Shown: in pieces, positions 63,250 to 64,000 of the stretch
Layout of the letters: every line of letters begins with the position of its first letter
Numbering within the stretch: position 1 is the stretch's first letter
Assembly (NCBI GenBank): GCA_011109175.1
Contig: RDEW01000021.1
Coordinates: forward strand, 982,513-1,046,512
DNA length: 64,000 nucleotides
Reading direction: 5' to 3'
Source of the DNA: Dicyema japonicum
Taxonomy: Eukaryota > Animalia > Dicyemida
Position numbers and translations under genes: made by a program
Notes under the pieces: generated by a model
What the model saw: only the letters and a program-made list of their open reading frames with translations
The model's database searches: none
What the model was told of the DNA's origin: nothing

Positions 63250-64000
63250 ATTACACTGAATAGAATGCTTTTTTGTAAATTATTGAGTTACCCGTAACTG
63301 TATTGAGGAATCGAGCAATTATTAATTTATTCAAAAGTATTGGGCATCCTTTTCCTTCAGAATTTACTTGCCGCAATAAAGTTGAAATTTTAGCTCAACA
63401 AATGATATCCAAAATAATTAATTTAATTTCAAATAAGAAAGTTAGTTTGAATAATTTAATTGTTAAGGTTTTTTTGATTGTGGACGAAACTGATGTTGGG
63501 AGAAACAAACATTGTTAATTGTCTAGTTGGAACGTTGGCAAATCTGCAAATCTCTTACCTAATAGATTGTATAAAATTGATTCCTCTCCGAATTTGTCTA
63601 TCATCAGTCAAATTATTGATGACACTATTTGGAAAATTAATGTTATTCTAGTCTATACCATATCACATGTTTTGCTTATTTACTGCATAATTGTGCACTT
63701 AAATAAAAGTATATTATCCCGAAATCGACAAATTGATTGCTTGTATTAAGCACTTCTTGTAAAGAACAATTATCGAAGACAATTGTTTAAAGAAATTAGG
63801 TAACCACAAGAACCAATAGTTACGAGATTGGGGAGCTGTCTTATGGCTGTTTCTTACTATGCTACAAACCTGCCAAATGTTATTCAAATATGCACTTCTC
63901 TAGATAGAGAGATTCTTTGCTTATTAAAAGAGCGAAAGAATGTTTATTTAATGGACAACTTTATAAAGATCCAATGACGATAATATCACAATATTCACAT
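63250..64000 (+). mobile_element. Probable hAT-like DDE transposase remnant, cut by the window end
   Basis: LRNRAIINLFKSIGHPFPSEFTCRNKV...FLIVDETD..NIVNCLVG; first catalytic Asp in an LIVDET context. Confidence 0.5.

Overview
AT-rich eukaryotic (animal) genomic DNA, roughly two-thirds decayed transposable elements, with a few genes interrupted by ultrashort GT-AG introns of 21-26 nt. Four genes can be spliced by hand into uninterrupted reading frames: EAF (11711-12628), NDUFB8 (13770-14367, middle uncertain), a rotund/lin-29/ZNF384-type zinc-finger gene (23715-24448) and a LIMK/TESK-like kinase with 8 introns of 22-26 nt (33627-34698). Six other gene copies carry stops or frameshifts: a carbohydrate sulfotransferase, an MCM7 fragment, an ENT/SLC29 transporter, two tandem ZYG11/ZER1-like copies and CDC5L. 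Animal-type genes plus such introns suggest a dicyemid or similarly reduced animal parasite; this is inference. TEs include RTE, jockey/I-like, CRE and R2/NeSL-like non-LTR elements, hAT remnants, MITEs and a foldback element. The most unusual signal is a SINE-like superfamily with about 11 copies. Its conserved core folds, with covarying base pairs, into an HDV-ribozyme-like pseudoknot, and it ends in a 3' stem-loop module shared with several LINE families. All calls come from manual reading and recalled family motifs; no database searches were run. TE boundaries are approximate.
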